From Glaucostegus cemiculus (Eukaryota): a stretch of 64,000 bases of DNA. The notes under the pieces are model-generated. The model was not told where the DNA came from and searched no databases. It saw only the letters and a program-made list of their open reading frames with translations. Positions 39,376-51,499 of the stretch are shown one piece after another. The position numbers were made by a program, and so were the translations under genes. The stretch lies in NCBI GenBank assembly GCA_976551045.1, contig CDPCPM010000014.1, positions 18,662,001 through 18,726,000 of the forward strand. Reading direction: 5' to 3'. Numbering within the stretch: position 1 is the first letter of the stretch; each line of letters starts with the position of its first letter.

Positions 39376-41243
39376 ATAGAAAATAAAGAAATGGCTGACC
39401 TCAATTGAATAGGTTTCTAACAACTTTGAGTAACTGCTGTCCTTGTTTTCCAAAGTACGAGTTGAGACCAGCTTCTCAGGAGTAATGTTTGAAATCCATG
39501 GTTTGTGCCTACGTTCCTCTGGTTGTTGTATTCCAATACACCTGAAGGTCAAGCTAGGTCCCTGTCTTCCAAGATGAAGGTAGACAAGGTCGTTAGAGAA
39601 GAAAACAGAAAATCTAGCTTGAATGTCTGAGCAAACGCCAAACATCTTAAAAGTGGGAAATGCCACTAATTTTAAAGAAAGAATTCCTTTTAAAGAGATT
39701 TGTTCAAATATAACACCGTTGAATGGTACACTAATTCAGAACTGTTCATCAAATGGAATTCTATTTATCCTCCCCAGTTTCTTCAGAAAAGCAATGCAGT
39801 GATGACATTCATGATTTGTTTGCAACAGATCAACTTGCCCAGTGGTTCAATGTAATTTTATTTTGAGGGACTGAACTTTTCCGGAGGAAGGTCCAGAGTT
39901 TAAACATGCATTAAATTGTCTAACTCCAGTGGAGAATCGGTGAGTAGAATCAACTACCTCATTGCCCCAGCTTTGTGGAGTGGGAAATCGGCAAGCACCT
40001 CTCATGGATTAGTTCACCAGAACTGTGTGAATGCAGGATTACTACAGAATTGAGTTTGGGTTACTTGTCGTCATCTCATAAGGCATGTCGAGAAACCTGT
40101 AACACAATTCTCTGCGGTGGAATTTATTATTGCCTCCACAGACAAAGGTAGAAGTAGACATGCTGTGTTATCTCCCTGCGTTTTCATGACTATACCTGCA
40201 ACCCCAGCTCTCTCCCAGTCTTTTCCATGGGGCAAAAATTCAGCATTGGTGTAACTGATTTATCAGATTCTGTAATTATTCAGGAAGAGTCAAAATATTG
40301 CTGGTTTTTAAGCTGAATCAACAAAAAGAAACAGATTCATGAAGGTTCTTTAATAAGCAGTGAAAATATTTAACATATTTAACTTCACAGAAACAGATGG
40401 TAACCCAAGGATTTGTAAATCCTGGAAAATTAATTACCTTAAGTGCATTCTCTGGTAATTATACTTTGTTCAGAAACTACCTCAAAATGTTCACAAAAAT
40501 TCTTTTTTCGCCTAATGTAAGATGTGAGTTACAAAAAGTTGTAATTCTCTTTAAAATGCAAACACTTTAAATTTCTATGAACTTGCAATTTTGATTAAAT
40601 TATGATCATGTACGTTGAGGACACAGTATTCTGTTTGTTGCCCATTGTCGTGGCAAGGATAGTCAGTGACTTTGGATGTGTGGTTTTTAATTTTAACTTT
40701 CGCTACAGTTCTCAAATGCACAATTGACAGTGACTCTGATGCAGGGTCTCAACCTGAAATGTCAACCATCCCTCTACCTCCACAGATGCTGCCTGACCCG
40801 CTGAGTTCCTCTGGATTTTTTGCTTCAGACTATAGCATCTGCAATCCCTATGACTATATTTTCTGTTGGTTGATCAATGTATATACTTTGATGTGCTTAT
40901 CGACTGTATGGTAATCTCCTGATGAGCTATTATGGTCAAGACCGAGTTTTTTCTTTGAGGTTTCTAGGGCCTGGAATGATGTATAAAGAATTTTGATCAT
41001 TTTGGCCAATATAACACATTGGATGAGATTCAACATTCATTATAGTGGCTTTGTATTTGTCTTGTTTTGGAGAACAGAGACCTAGAGATACAGTACATAT
41101 TTCTCTGAAAGAGGCAACACATGTAGATGGTGATGATGAAGGCAAGCATGCCAAATGCTTTCTTCAGACGTGGCATTGAGTACAAGAGTTGGAACATCGT
41201 GTTACGGCTGCATAGGACGGCACCACACCTGTGTGGTCTAGGT

Positions 41244-43130
41244 CAGAGGTTTTAGACCTGTGGTCCATGGACCCCTGGAGGTCCACAGCAGGTTGCCAGG
41301 GGGTCTACAAGCAAGCCAAAAAAAAAATGGAAAAGCGACCTGTTACAAAGACGTAGCTTACTTGCTTGCTCCAGTTTTCCACTATTCAGAAAATCGACCA
41401 TATCTATTCTATCTGTTATGGGCGACAATCTTAGAGACTTAGACGGTGTTCCCTTCTGGTAAACTGCCGCTAAATATTTGATTTGTGTAGTCAGAGTAGT
41501 CAGTAGTGTTCACTACTCACTACTATTCTGTTGTGCACTATAGTGTTAGTGGGACTGAGTGACGTTGTTGGTGTGCCTTAATAATATTGCTTACTTACCG
41601 TGCATTTACACCACAGTGACGTCACTGTTAAACGAAAAGTGTGCAAGCGTGTACATTTTAGATTAGTTTTGATAATTTTGTTTATCAGTAATAGTATTGA
41701 AACTGGCCAGCATGTATTGCTGAGTATGGAGAAATTTCTGAAGAGAAAAGCTGACCAGAAACCAGAAGATTCCGATGACGAAGGGGATAAGGGTGACCAA
41801 AAAAAGAAAACAACGCAAGTATGATCCAGAATACATTTCATATGGCTTAATCGCAGTGGGGACAAATGCCGTCCAACTTCTGTGTTGTGTCTTTGCAAAC
41901 ACTGTCCAACGATGCAATGAAACCAGTGAAATTGAAGCGCCATTTAACAATAGTGCATCCAGATATTGCCAGCAAGTCGAAGGAATATTTTGAGCAGCAA
42001 AAGGAACTGTACCTCAAGCAGAAAGGCAAAATGACAGCCTGTGCCTCTGTAAGTAAGAAGGCTCTTTGCGCATCATATTTGGTAGCATTATGAATAGCAC
42101 ATTCCAGAAAGCCTCACACAATTGGAGAAGAGCTTATACTGTCTGCAGCAGTAGATATGTGTGAAGTTATACTGGTAAAAGAATCCAGTCAAAAACTGAA
42201 AGCCATTCCACTTTCTGATAACACAGTAAGCAGAAGAATTGGCGATATGGCGGAAGATATACAGAGCCAGCTGATAGCGTGTCTTCAGCAAGTCAGATTT
42301 GCGATTCAGCTCAATGAAAGTACTGATGTTGCACAGTACAGTGCTGCGCAGTTGTTGGTTTATGTTCAGTGTTGCTGGGAAGGAAAGGCTTTGGAAGACT
42401 TTTTGTTTTGCAAGGTGTTCCCAGGGCGTACAACTGGTGAAGAACTTTTCCGTGTGCTTGACATTTTTTTTTTGTATGATCGGCATTGGCATGGACACAG
42501 TGTATTGGAGTATGCACGGATGGTGCTGCCGCAATGACAGGACAGAAGTCAGGTCTAGTCGCACGAGTGAAAGAAGTAGCTCCACATGTAGCAGCAACCC
42601 ACTGCGTGATTCACTTTGAGACTTTGGCTGCAAAGGATATGGATGAAAATGTGTTTTCCACGTCAGATGGCTGTCACGAGGCCGCGTTGTGCAGCATGTA
42701 TATGAATTGCGAGATGAACTGCTCATTTTTCTAAATGAGCATAACAAATCATTGGCATAGTTCTTGACAGATGAGACGTGAGTTGCCAGATTAGCTTATC
42801 TTGCAGATATTTTCAATACTTTCAACAACTTAAATCTATCATTGCAAGGACCTAGCTCAAATGTTCTGACAAAATCAATGCCTTCCAGAAAAAACACCCT
42901 ATCTGGAAAGGAAGATGCGAGCAAGTTGTCTATGGTATGCTTCCGTTGCTGGCTGACTTTCTGACAGTGAACGAGACTAAGACAGAGGCCATTGCGAGCA
43001 CTGCTTTGAACCATATTCAACAGCTGTCACATTATTTCCATGAGTATTTCGGTGACGATGACATGAGCATGTTTGATTGGATTCAAAATCTATTGATTTA
43101 ACTGGACGTGAACAAGAAGAATAGGCTAAC
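41244..43130 (+). mobile_element. hAT (Charlie/Buster-type) DNA transposon, right end missing
   Basis: Left TIR-like end CAGAGGTTTTAGACCTGTGGTCCATGGACCCC preceded by GTCTAGGT (Charlie-like NTCTAGAN target); transposase frames follow. Confidence 0.85.
41727..43095 (+). pseudogene. Disrupted Buster-family (ZBED5/SCAND3/ZBED8-like) hAT transposase
   Basis: RKYDPEYISYG, LSNDAMKPVKLKRHL, KPHTIGEELIL, IPLSDNTVSRRI, FAIQLNESTD, EDFLFC, VCTDGAAAMTG and THCVIH spread over several frames with stops. Confidence 0.9.
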
Positions 43131-43689
43131 AAGAAGATGAGTCTAATGCAGGCAGTTGGAACTAGTTGAAGAAGACAACTTGGTCAGCATGGATGAGTTG
43201 AGCTGAAGGGCCTGTTTCTGTGCTGTATAACTCTTGTGACCATGTATGACTGTTTCCAGTATACAAAATCTAGTGGCATCACATTGTTAGAGGCCTGACT
43301 TGAGTTGGTATTGGTTGTTGCCTGATCATCAATGCAGATGGTATTGTTGAAATGCCGTGAACTTGTTTCATTGGAGAAAGGTGAAGTTACTACTAAAGAC
43401 ATTTAAATTTTGTTTGCATTTTCTATTGGGGTATCATAATTTGACAGTATTACTAATATTAATATTAAGCTCTAACTGTATGATAGGCCAGATGGAATTT
43501 GATAAACTACAAGTGATATCCTGAATTTAATCGGGGCTTGAACTGAAAATTTTAAATAACTTGTATTAAGATGTTGTTAAAATTAATATATCGGAAAATT
43601 GTTCAAATATGTTTTGGCTTAATGGAATTATTCTTATAGACATACTTGGGGTTTGAAATCAATGATGTTGAAATATTTCCTGTTTGGGA

Positions 43690-45853
43690 ACACCCAAACA
43701 GGAAACCATGGATGAACTGAGAGATCCGCTCCCTACTGAAAGCAAGGACTGCTGCACACAAATCTGGTGATCCCGATCTGTACAAGAAATTGAGGTATGA
43801 CCTTCAAAAAGCTATCAGGGATGCCAAGAGGCAATACCAACTCAAAATGGAGTCCCTGACCAGCTGCCAGTTACGGCAGGGCTTACATGCCATGTCGGGC
43901 TGCATAATTAAGGGTGGCACGATAGCGTAGCGGTTAGCGCGACGCTGTTACAGCGCCAGCGATCGGGGTTTGATTCCCGTTGCTGACTGTAAGGAGTTTG
44001 TACGTTCTCCCGTTTCTGCGTGGGTTTCCTCCGGGTGCTCCGGTTTCCTCCCACTTTCTAAAGATGTACGGGTAGGTTAATTTGGGGGTTTAAAATGGGC
44101 GGCGTGGACTCGTTGGGCTGAAAGGGCCTGTTACCACGCTGTAAATAAAATTTTAAAAAAATTTAATTAACAACAGCGCATTTCTTCCTGATGAACTTAA
44201 TGCATACTATGCGTGTTTTGAACAAAGGGGAAGTGGATTGTCACCATCCACCCTGACAGCCTCCAGTGTAGCTGAACCTGTGATCACAATGGAGGACGTA
44301 AGATCAGTCTTCCGAAGAATGAACACGAGGAAAGCACCTGGCCCAGATGGTGTCCCAGGCCGTGTGTTCAGCTCTTGTGCTGATCAGCTGGCAGAAGTAT
44401 TTGCCGACATATTCAACCTCTCCGTACTTCAATCTCAGGTTCCCTCCTGTTTTAAGAAGACCACTATCATCCCGGTACCAAAGAAAAGCAAGGTAACATG
44501 CCTCAACGACTACTGACCGGTGGCTCTGACATCCATCATCATGAAGTGTTTTGAGAGGCTGGTCATGGCACGCATCAACTCCAGCCTCCCAGACAACCTG
44601 GACCCATTGCAATTTGCCTACCAGCAAAACAGGTCTACAGCAGATGCCATCTCCCTGGCCCTACACTCAGCTCTGGAGCAACTGGACAGTAAAGACACCT
44701 ATGTTAGACTATTGTTTATTGACTACAGCTCTGCCTTCAATACAATAATTCCAAGCAAGCTTGTCACCAAACTCCAAGACCTAGGACTCAACACCTCTCT
44801 CTGTAACTGGATCCTTGAGTTTCTGACAAACAGACCATAATCAGTGAGGATAGGCAGCATGATTATTCTCATCACTGGTGCCCCACAAGGCTGCGTCCAC
44901 AGACCTCTACTCCCTATACACTCATGTGGCCAGATTCTCCTCTAACTCCATCTACAAGGTTGCAGATGATACCATCGTTGTAGGCTGTATCTCAAACAGC
45001 GATGAGTTGGAGTACAGGAAGGAGAGAGAGAGCTTAGTGGAATGGTGTCATGAAAACAACCTTCCTTCAATGTCAACAAAACAAAAGAGCTGGTCATTGA
45101 CTTTAAGAAAGGGGGCAGTGTACATGCACCTGTCAACATCAATGGTGCTGAGGTTGAAAGGTTCAAGTTCATAGGAGAGAACATCACCAACAGCCTTTCC
45201 TGGTCAAATCATGTAGATGCCACAGCCAAGAAAGCTCACCAGCACCTCTACTTCCTCAGGAGGCTAAAGAAATTTGGTTTGTCCCCTTTGACTCTCACCA
45301 ACTTTTACTGATGCACCATAGAAAGCATCCTATCTGAATGTATCACGGCTTGGTACAGCAACTGCTCTGCCCAGGACTGCAAGAAGCTGAAGAGAGTTAT
45401 GGACACAGCCCAGCGCATCACGGACACCAGCCTTCCCTCCTTGGACTCTGTCTTTACTTCTCATTGTCTTGGTGAAGCAGCCAGCATAATCAAAGATGCC
45501 ACCCACCTGGGATGTTTCTCTCCTCTTCCATCAGGTAGAAGATACAGGAGCCTGAGGGCACATACCACCAGACTTAAGGACAGCTTCTACCCCACTGTGA
45601 TAAGACTACTGAACAGTTCCCTTATACAATGAGATGGACTATGACCTTACAATCTACCTTGTTGTGATCTTGCATCTTATTGTACTGCACTTTCTCTGTA
45701 GCTGTGACACTTTACTCTGTTACTGTTTTACCTGTACTACGTCAATGCACTTTGTATTTAACTCAATGTAACTGCACTGTGTAATCAATTGACCAGTTTG
45801 TAAGACAAGTTTTTCACTGTACCTTGGTACACGTGACAATAATAAACCAATAC
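43690..45853 (+). mobile_element. Rex1/Babar LINE, 5'-truncated, with stops and frameshifts
   Basis: [65 protein letters not shown] and LPSGRRYRSL..TTRLKDSFYP; tail GTGACAATAATAAACC. Confidence 0.92.
43912..44163 (+). mobile_element. Young full-length V-SINE nested in Rex1, with a 7-bp TSD
   Basis: A box TAGCGTAGCGG, B box GGTTTGATTCCC, V-domain; TAATTAA at 43905-43911 and 44164-44170. Confidence 0.92.
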
Positions 45854-47744
45854 TTTTGTTTATTCTCAATGATTTTTGAACATTTTTACTTCAATTCTGA
45901 AAGTTTTCCAGAGTATTCATCATGTATTTCTCTAGGCATCAATAATTTATTTATACTTTTTTTAAAATGAAAACATTTCAATTAATCCAGCTGTATGTAT
46001 CTGCTCTGCTCTGCTTTTCAAAACCACCTTTTAGAGAAAATTAAAGATCCCAACTAATACTGCAATGATACTGTGTCCCAAGACCCGTAATCCAGTCTTG
46101 TTTTCTTTAAAAAAAAGTCTCTGGCCTGCTCCCCTTGGTGCTGCCAAAATCCAGACTTCCACCTGTTTTCTTTGGGATTGGATTTCGATCAGTGGTAATT
46201 TCTGCATGCAGAGAGCGCCTTGAGCAATATGACCAGTGTCTGTTAGTTTTGTGGGAGATGTAATCTAGAATTACTTTTAAACCAACAACAGGGCTGAATT
46301 TTAGTTCATTGCAGATAGTCAAATTCAGGGATATCTGAAGTTGGGAGCTGAAGATGAACTTAATTTCACATTCCTATATGTAATGATTTTCTAAACTTTT
46401 TGCTCCAACTTTAGAGGAGGTATTGAATTGGGAACAATTAAGCCTTTCAGAACAGCAATTCACTTCACCAGCTTTTGGTTTTTCCACCAATGTGATGAAG
46501 TGGAAATAAACTATGGGATATTTACATTTTTATTTGAATTTGAAAATAAATCTCCTTTTTATAAGCTAAATTATTCAACAAATACACAGGAGGCAAATAT
46601 ATTTTAGAAAGCTCCAGAAAAGTGCTTGAGAGCATGATTTTATTCAAACATATATTAAATTTAAAAGCACGCAATTCTTTTCATTCACTTATTAAAGTTG
46701 GATGGTTTTATTAAGCCTAAGGTGCATTAGGTTAGGAGCACAGCTTCATAAAGCCTGGTAGAAAAAGCTATGCTCAACTTATTTGAGTCAATTTTGAGTT
46801 TGGTCACAGTTTCAACATTGAGAAGATGGCCACTGACAAAATGAAAGCACGGTGATCTGTGAGATGCAGCTGGCTGAGTGTCCTTGTTGCTGTTAATTCC
46901 TGAGATTTTTGTGTTTCACTTGGCACTCCAAAGCATTCTGTGAAACAGTTTGCTTACTGCATTATTCCTTGACACATTATTCCTTGACCTTGTTTTTGGG
47001 GAGTGTGGGGGAAGCCTGGGGAGAGAGTATGTTTATGATGTGTTAATTAAAAGGACAGGGACCATTTGTTCAGGTCCTAATGTTTCTCTGTCAGTTTTTA
47101 ACTATTGAGTTAACCTCAAACTTCAGTCTTTATTCCACTTTTAGCACCAGCTATTTGTGTCTTTTGTTTCCAGCAACATCTCAATCTTTCCTTCCGCTTT
47201 TTCTGCTCTTCATACTAACTGCTAACCTGCTTCTTTGAATTCTTTCCAATTAATTGCTGACCTCTTCTCCCGTCCCTCGTGTAGGATGATGCATTTGTTC
47301 TGCTGTCCCCTGAACACTGATAGATACTTTCCTGTGGTGTCTTGCTGAAGTAAATAGAGTTGGCTGGAGTGGGGACCCACTGGCAAGATTAGGGAGAGAG
47401 GAGTACTGGTGGGGCAGCAGAGGAGAATATTGCAGGCACTGAAGTGGATTATTGTGTGCTTTGAAAAGCCTGACCTGTGTAGTGTTGACAAACCTGAGCT
47501 TCAGGCTCCAGCAATCCCACATGTAGACAAAGCCTCCTATGGCCCGATCTGGTCATGTGGGCATGCCCATCAGACTGAGAGTGCAGAGCCTTAGAACATC
47601 ATACAGTAGTCCGGTGTGCTTGTCACTTCAGCTAAGAAGCAGTGCAAGTGTGAGGAGAGATCCACAACTATTCCTTGCTATGTTAGAGAACTTCCAACTA
47701 TTGAGCAACAACATAAAAACATTTTTAAGGTGAGTGGTAGTGTG

Positions 47745-48148
47745 TCCCTGTTAGCTCTGTTGGTTGTATTTATGCCTCTTGAACCAGGAGATTCTGGGTT
47801 CAAGTCCTACTTGAGCACAAAACATGAGACAGACCCTCCAGCACAGTACTGATGGAGTCCCGTACTGTTGGAGGTTCTTCTGGGTTGAGACATTAAATGG
47901 TGCTCTTGCCTGCTCTCTCAGGTGGACCAAAAAATCCCATGGCACTTGTTCAGAAGAGGAAGGGAGTTATTCCTGGTGCCTTGATCAGTATTTCCTTTAA
48001 AAAGTTGACCATTGGGCACTGTTGTTTATGGGAGCATCCAGATGCAAGAAAGTTGGCATCTTTATCATTACATCGTTGATGACACTGAATGAAGTCTGCT
48101 TGACTATTGAGTGCTGTGTAAAGTGCTTTATAAATTACAGCCTTTCTT
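47745..48148 (+). mobile_element. SacSINE1-like Deu-SINE (tRNA head plus Deu domain)
   Basis: GGGTTCAAGTCC B box; CAGTACTGATGGAGT..CTGTTGGAGGT..GAGACATTAAA..CTCTCAGGTGGAC..ATCCCATGGCACT Deu core; L2-type tail. Confidence 0.8.
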
Positions 48149-50052
48149 GGGAATGTGCTGATGTATTTGTTTAACATAATGTTCAAAGAATTTTTTTTTA
48201 CTGTTTTTATATTTAAAGAGAAGGTTTTGAGAATATGTGCATACTCCAGTTTCTTTTTCACACTGTGCAAATGTTTAAAGTATTTAAGGTTGCTTTTTTT
48301 TAAGGAAATGCTGGCTTGTCTGAGAATTCTTCAATGTGAATGATTGCTCTGCCATCTTGATGACAGGATCCTGGCACTGAGCAATGCTTTTTGTGATCTC
48401 CAACTGCATTGTCAGGGAAGATGAAATCCATGCCCCAGAGGTCACTAGATTTTTTTGTATTGACCTACATTTTTACTGGGTGGCTTTATTCAAGATTATT
48501 GGTGAGCTCCATCACTTCACCACTGAGCGCAAAATGTAGGTCAATAAAAAGATGCTGCACACATGCAAGTTGTTACTACTACAGTGATTTGTAGATCTTT
48601 AAATTCCTATATTTGCAATAGCTTTCCTTTATTTGTTTGCACCCCTTTTCCTGGATTTGATCGTTACTCTGGTAGATCGTTATTCTAAGTATTGAATAAG
48701 TCTTTTAAATCGGGTCTTGACTGACAAAACCATTCAAGGTAATGGTGAGCTTTGTTGAATCAAAGGCAAGTCATCAATCCTTCAATGACATCATATTAGG
48801 CAAGCAATTATAGTACTTAAGTTGCATATTTATTCTTATCATGGCACTGCCAGAAGGCTCAAACATCAGTTGAGAGCTTTGGACCTCCTTAACAGTTGGT
48901 TGTACTTTACCTCGTCTCAAGAATGGTTCAGGCAGTCCTTTTTTTTCCTTCTGTATTTTCGGCTTGAAACCTTGCGTTGTACCCTCTACGAGTATTCCAG
49001 TAGATTGCACATCTGAATATTTTCATACATCCATAATTTAACCATTCTTCTGTTTTCCTGCTATTTCTGCTTTTTGTGGATAGTTTAGTTAATGTTTCCT
49101 ATAGTTGCATTTGTGGATGTAATTTACATGATGGATATGGATGGTAGATTACTTTAGTGTAATATAATTTTAAAACACTTGTCTTTAAATGCAATCCAAT
49201 TTTGGAAGGACAGTAAATACCTGCATGGGCTAGGGTTTAACTTGGGGGGGAAAAAAAATTATGTAACATTTTACAGCAAAGTTCAATACCTGAACAACAA
49301 AGTACTGTGTGGTCTTGATTTTTAAAACAAAACAAGATTGCAAGTATAGAAAGAGAGGCTACTCATTGGTCAACATACACTGGAAAAAACCTGGATGTCA
49401 TTAACATTTTTGGATGTTTAAATTATATCATAATTACTAGTTTGCTTGTGCTGTTATAGGAAAAAAAATATTCAACATCTTACTCCTGAATTTATCCTAT
49501 CTCAATTGTTTTAAAAACAAGGTTACCCAACTATATTCTTGATTTTAAAATAAAACTTATTTTTCTCATGCAGACAAAGATTTAAAACTTGAAGTTTTGC
49601 ATGGAAAGCTTACAAAACTCAAACAAAGGCATTGTTCAATAGAAATTTTAACCTGTTTATACTTAAATCACAAGCAGAATCAAGAAATAAAATCAGTTGA
49701 TTCTGAAAATCTGAAAGTCTATTTCAAATAATATTGCTTAGTCTCTGAGAAATAGAATAATTATGTTTTTGGATAGCATTATTAGTTGTTTACTTCTGAA
49801 GGATCTAAATAAATCAACTTTTATTTTCAGCCTTGGCTTCAGCAATTTTGTGTTTTATTTGTGAACAATGTAGATGTTAAAATCAGTACTTTGTCATTTG
49901 AACTATGGTGACTGAATTTCATTTTTAATTTAAAGTTATGATGGCAGAAGTTAAATTGCCCTTTGCTGTCTGATCACAAAGTCATTGTATTGACATTTCT
50001 GCCTGCAGCTCTGTGGTGATGACATTTCACATAAGCAAGAATGTCTAAAAAG

Positions 50053-50183
50053 ATCTGTGGCTCAAATACTGCATTCTGTATGTTCTAAAGCCTATCCTGC
50101 CTGACCCCAGAAATCAAGTAGACTCGGGCCTGGTTAGTTCTTGGATGGGAGGCTATCTAGTAACACCAAGTACCAAATACTTT
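50053..50183 (+). pseudogene. Diverged 5S rRNA copy (pseudogene or head of a 5S-derived SINE)
   Basis: 50124-50151 TCGGGCCTGGTTAGTTCTTGGATGGGAG differs by one base from vertebrate 5S TCGGGCCTGGTTAGTACTTGGATGGGAG; flanks align loosely and end in CTTT. Confidence 0.8.
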
Positions 50184-50834
50184 ACCTGTAGTGTGCCTGA
50201 GATTTGACAATGATACAAAGCTGTTGCAGGGGTTAAAGTGCTGCTTTGGGACTGATCAACAGTTGTTCTAAAAAATAATTTTATGTTAAAGCATTACAGT
50301 AATGGACTTTGGCTGTTGATTCCCTAGAGTTCTTGATCTCAAATTTGCTTACTGGAGGCTAGGAGTAACAAATAGGGGTTAAAATGATATTTGTCCCTTG
50401 GTTGTGTTAGTGGCCTGCTTATGGCACACTGGCATCAAGTTGAAAGCAATCTGTTATTGGAGCGATTAATCGGGATAAATCATGTTTCTGAGATTTCTGG
50501 TATTTATTTGTTGTTGGCTAAAAGAGCTTTGTCTTGGCTGAGTGGACTAGGCAAATGGAAAATAAAAGATAGTTACAGAAAATATACATTTTTTTAAAAA
50601 AATGAATGTTTGGGTGAACGGAAAATCTAGCTTTCATGAACAACAAAAACCTTGCAATTCAGTGAGTGATTTTCATTGTTGGTTTACCTGTATAATGTTT
50701 TATTTAAACTCAAGATTAATTCAAATCTTATTGACCCAGATCTTGCCAATTTAGCATACATTTTAAGTTCCTTATCTTTTTTAAATTTCTCTTTACAGTT
50801 TAATATTTAATATGACTAACTTAATTGTCTGTCG

Positions 50835-51180
50835 CAATTTGGTAAGACAGATACAAAACTGACTCGATCATAGACTACAGCGGATAGTGGTGGTGGTGTG
50901 TTTTCCTGACTGGAGGTCTGTGACCGGTGTATTTTGCGGGGATCATTGCTGGGAACTTAGTAATATGTATAAATATACATTTATAAATATATAAATTATT
51001 TGGTTGAACATGTAGATGGTCTGATTAGTTAAGTTTGCAGATGACATGAAAATTGACAGAGTTGTGAATGAAGAAGCTTGTCAAAGGATACAGCAGGAAA
51101 TAGATCAGTTGGAAACTTGGGTGGAGAAATAGCAGATAATTTAATCTGGACAAAGGTGAGGTAATGCATTTTGAAACATG
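50835..51180 (+). mobile_element. Degenerate CR1 RT fragment
   Basis: GACTGGAGGTCTGTGACC..GGATCATTGCTGGGA..AAGTTTGCAGATGAC (KFADD). Confidence 0.65.
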
Positions 51181-51184
51181 GAAG

Positions 51185-51450
51185 AAACATAGAAAAACCT
51201 ACAGCAGGCCCTTCAGCCCACAAAGCTGTGCTGAACATGTCCCTATCCTAGAAATTACTAGGCTTACCCATAGCCCTCTGTTTTTCTCATCTCCATGTAC
51301 CTATCCAACAGTCTCTTAAAGGACCCTATCGTATCCGCCTCCACCACCATTGCTGGCAGCCCATTCCACACACTCACCACTCTGAGTAAAAAAAACTTAC
51401 CCCTGACATCTCCTCCATACCTGTTCCCCAGCACCTTAAACCTATGTCCA
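51185..51450 (-). mobile_element. Young CR1 3' end
   Basis: GHRFKVLGNRYGGDVRGKFF..FKRLLDRYM; similar to 29600-29860. Confidence 0.85.
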
Positions 51451-51499
51451 GTAGAATTTAATACAAGGGATGCTGAATAAATGTTGCATGTCACTTCCT

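Noticed and set aside
41727-43095. Domesticated ZBED5/SCAND3-like gene
   Set aside because: Multiple stops and frameshifts, internal deletion, and a TIR still attached
43912-43985. tRNA genes at SINE heads
   Set aside because: A and B boxes run straight into the V-domain; no complete cloverleaf
46960-46988. Tandem CATTATTCCTTGAC duplication, plus homopolymer C/G runs (17689, 35228, 57347)
   Set aside because: Ordinary slippage products
50053-50183. Functional 5S rRNA gene
   Set aside because: 5' half and terminal stem strongly diverged; single copy, not in an array
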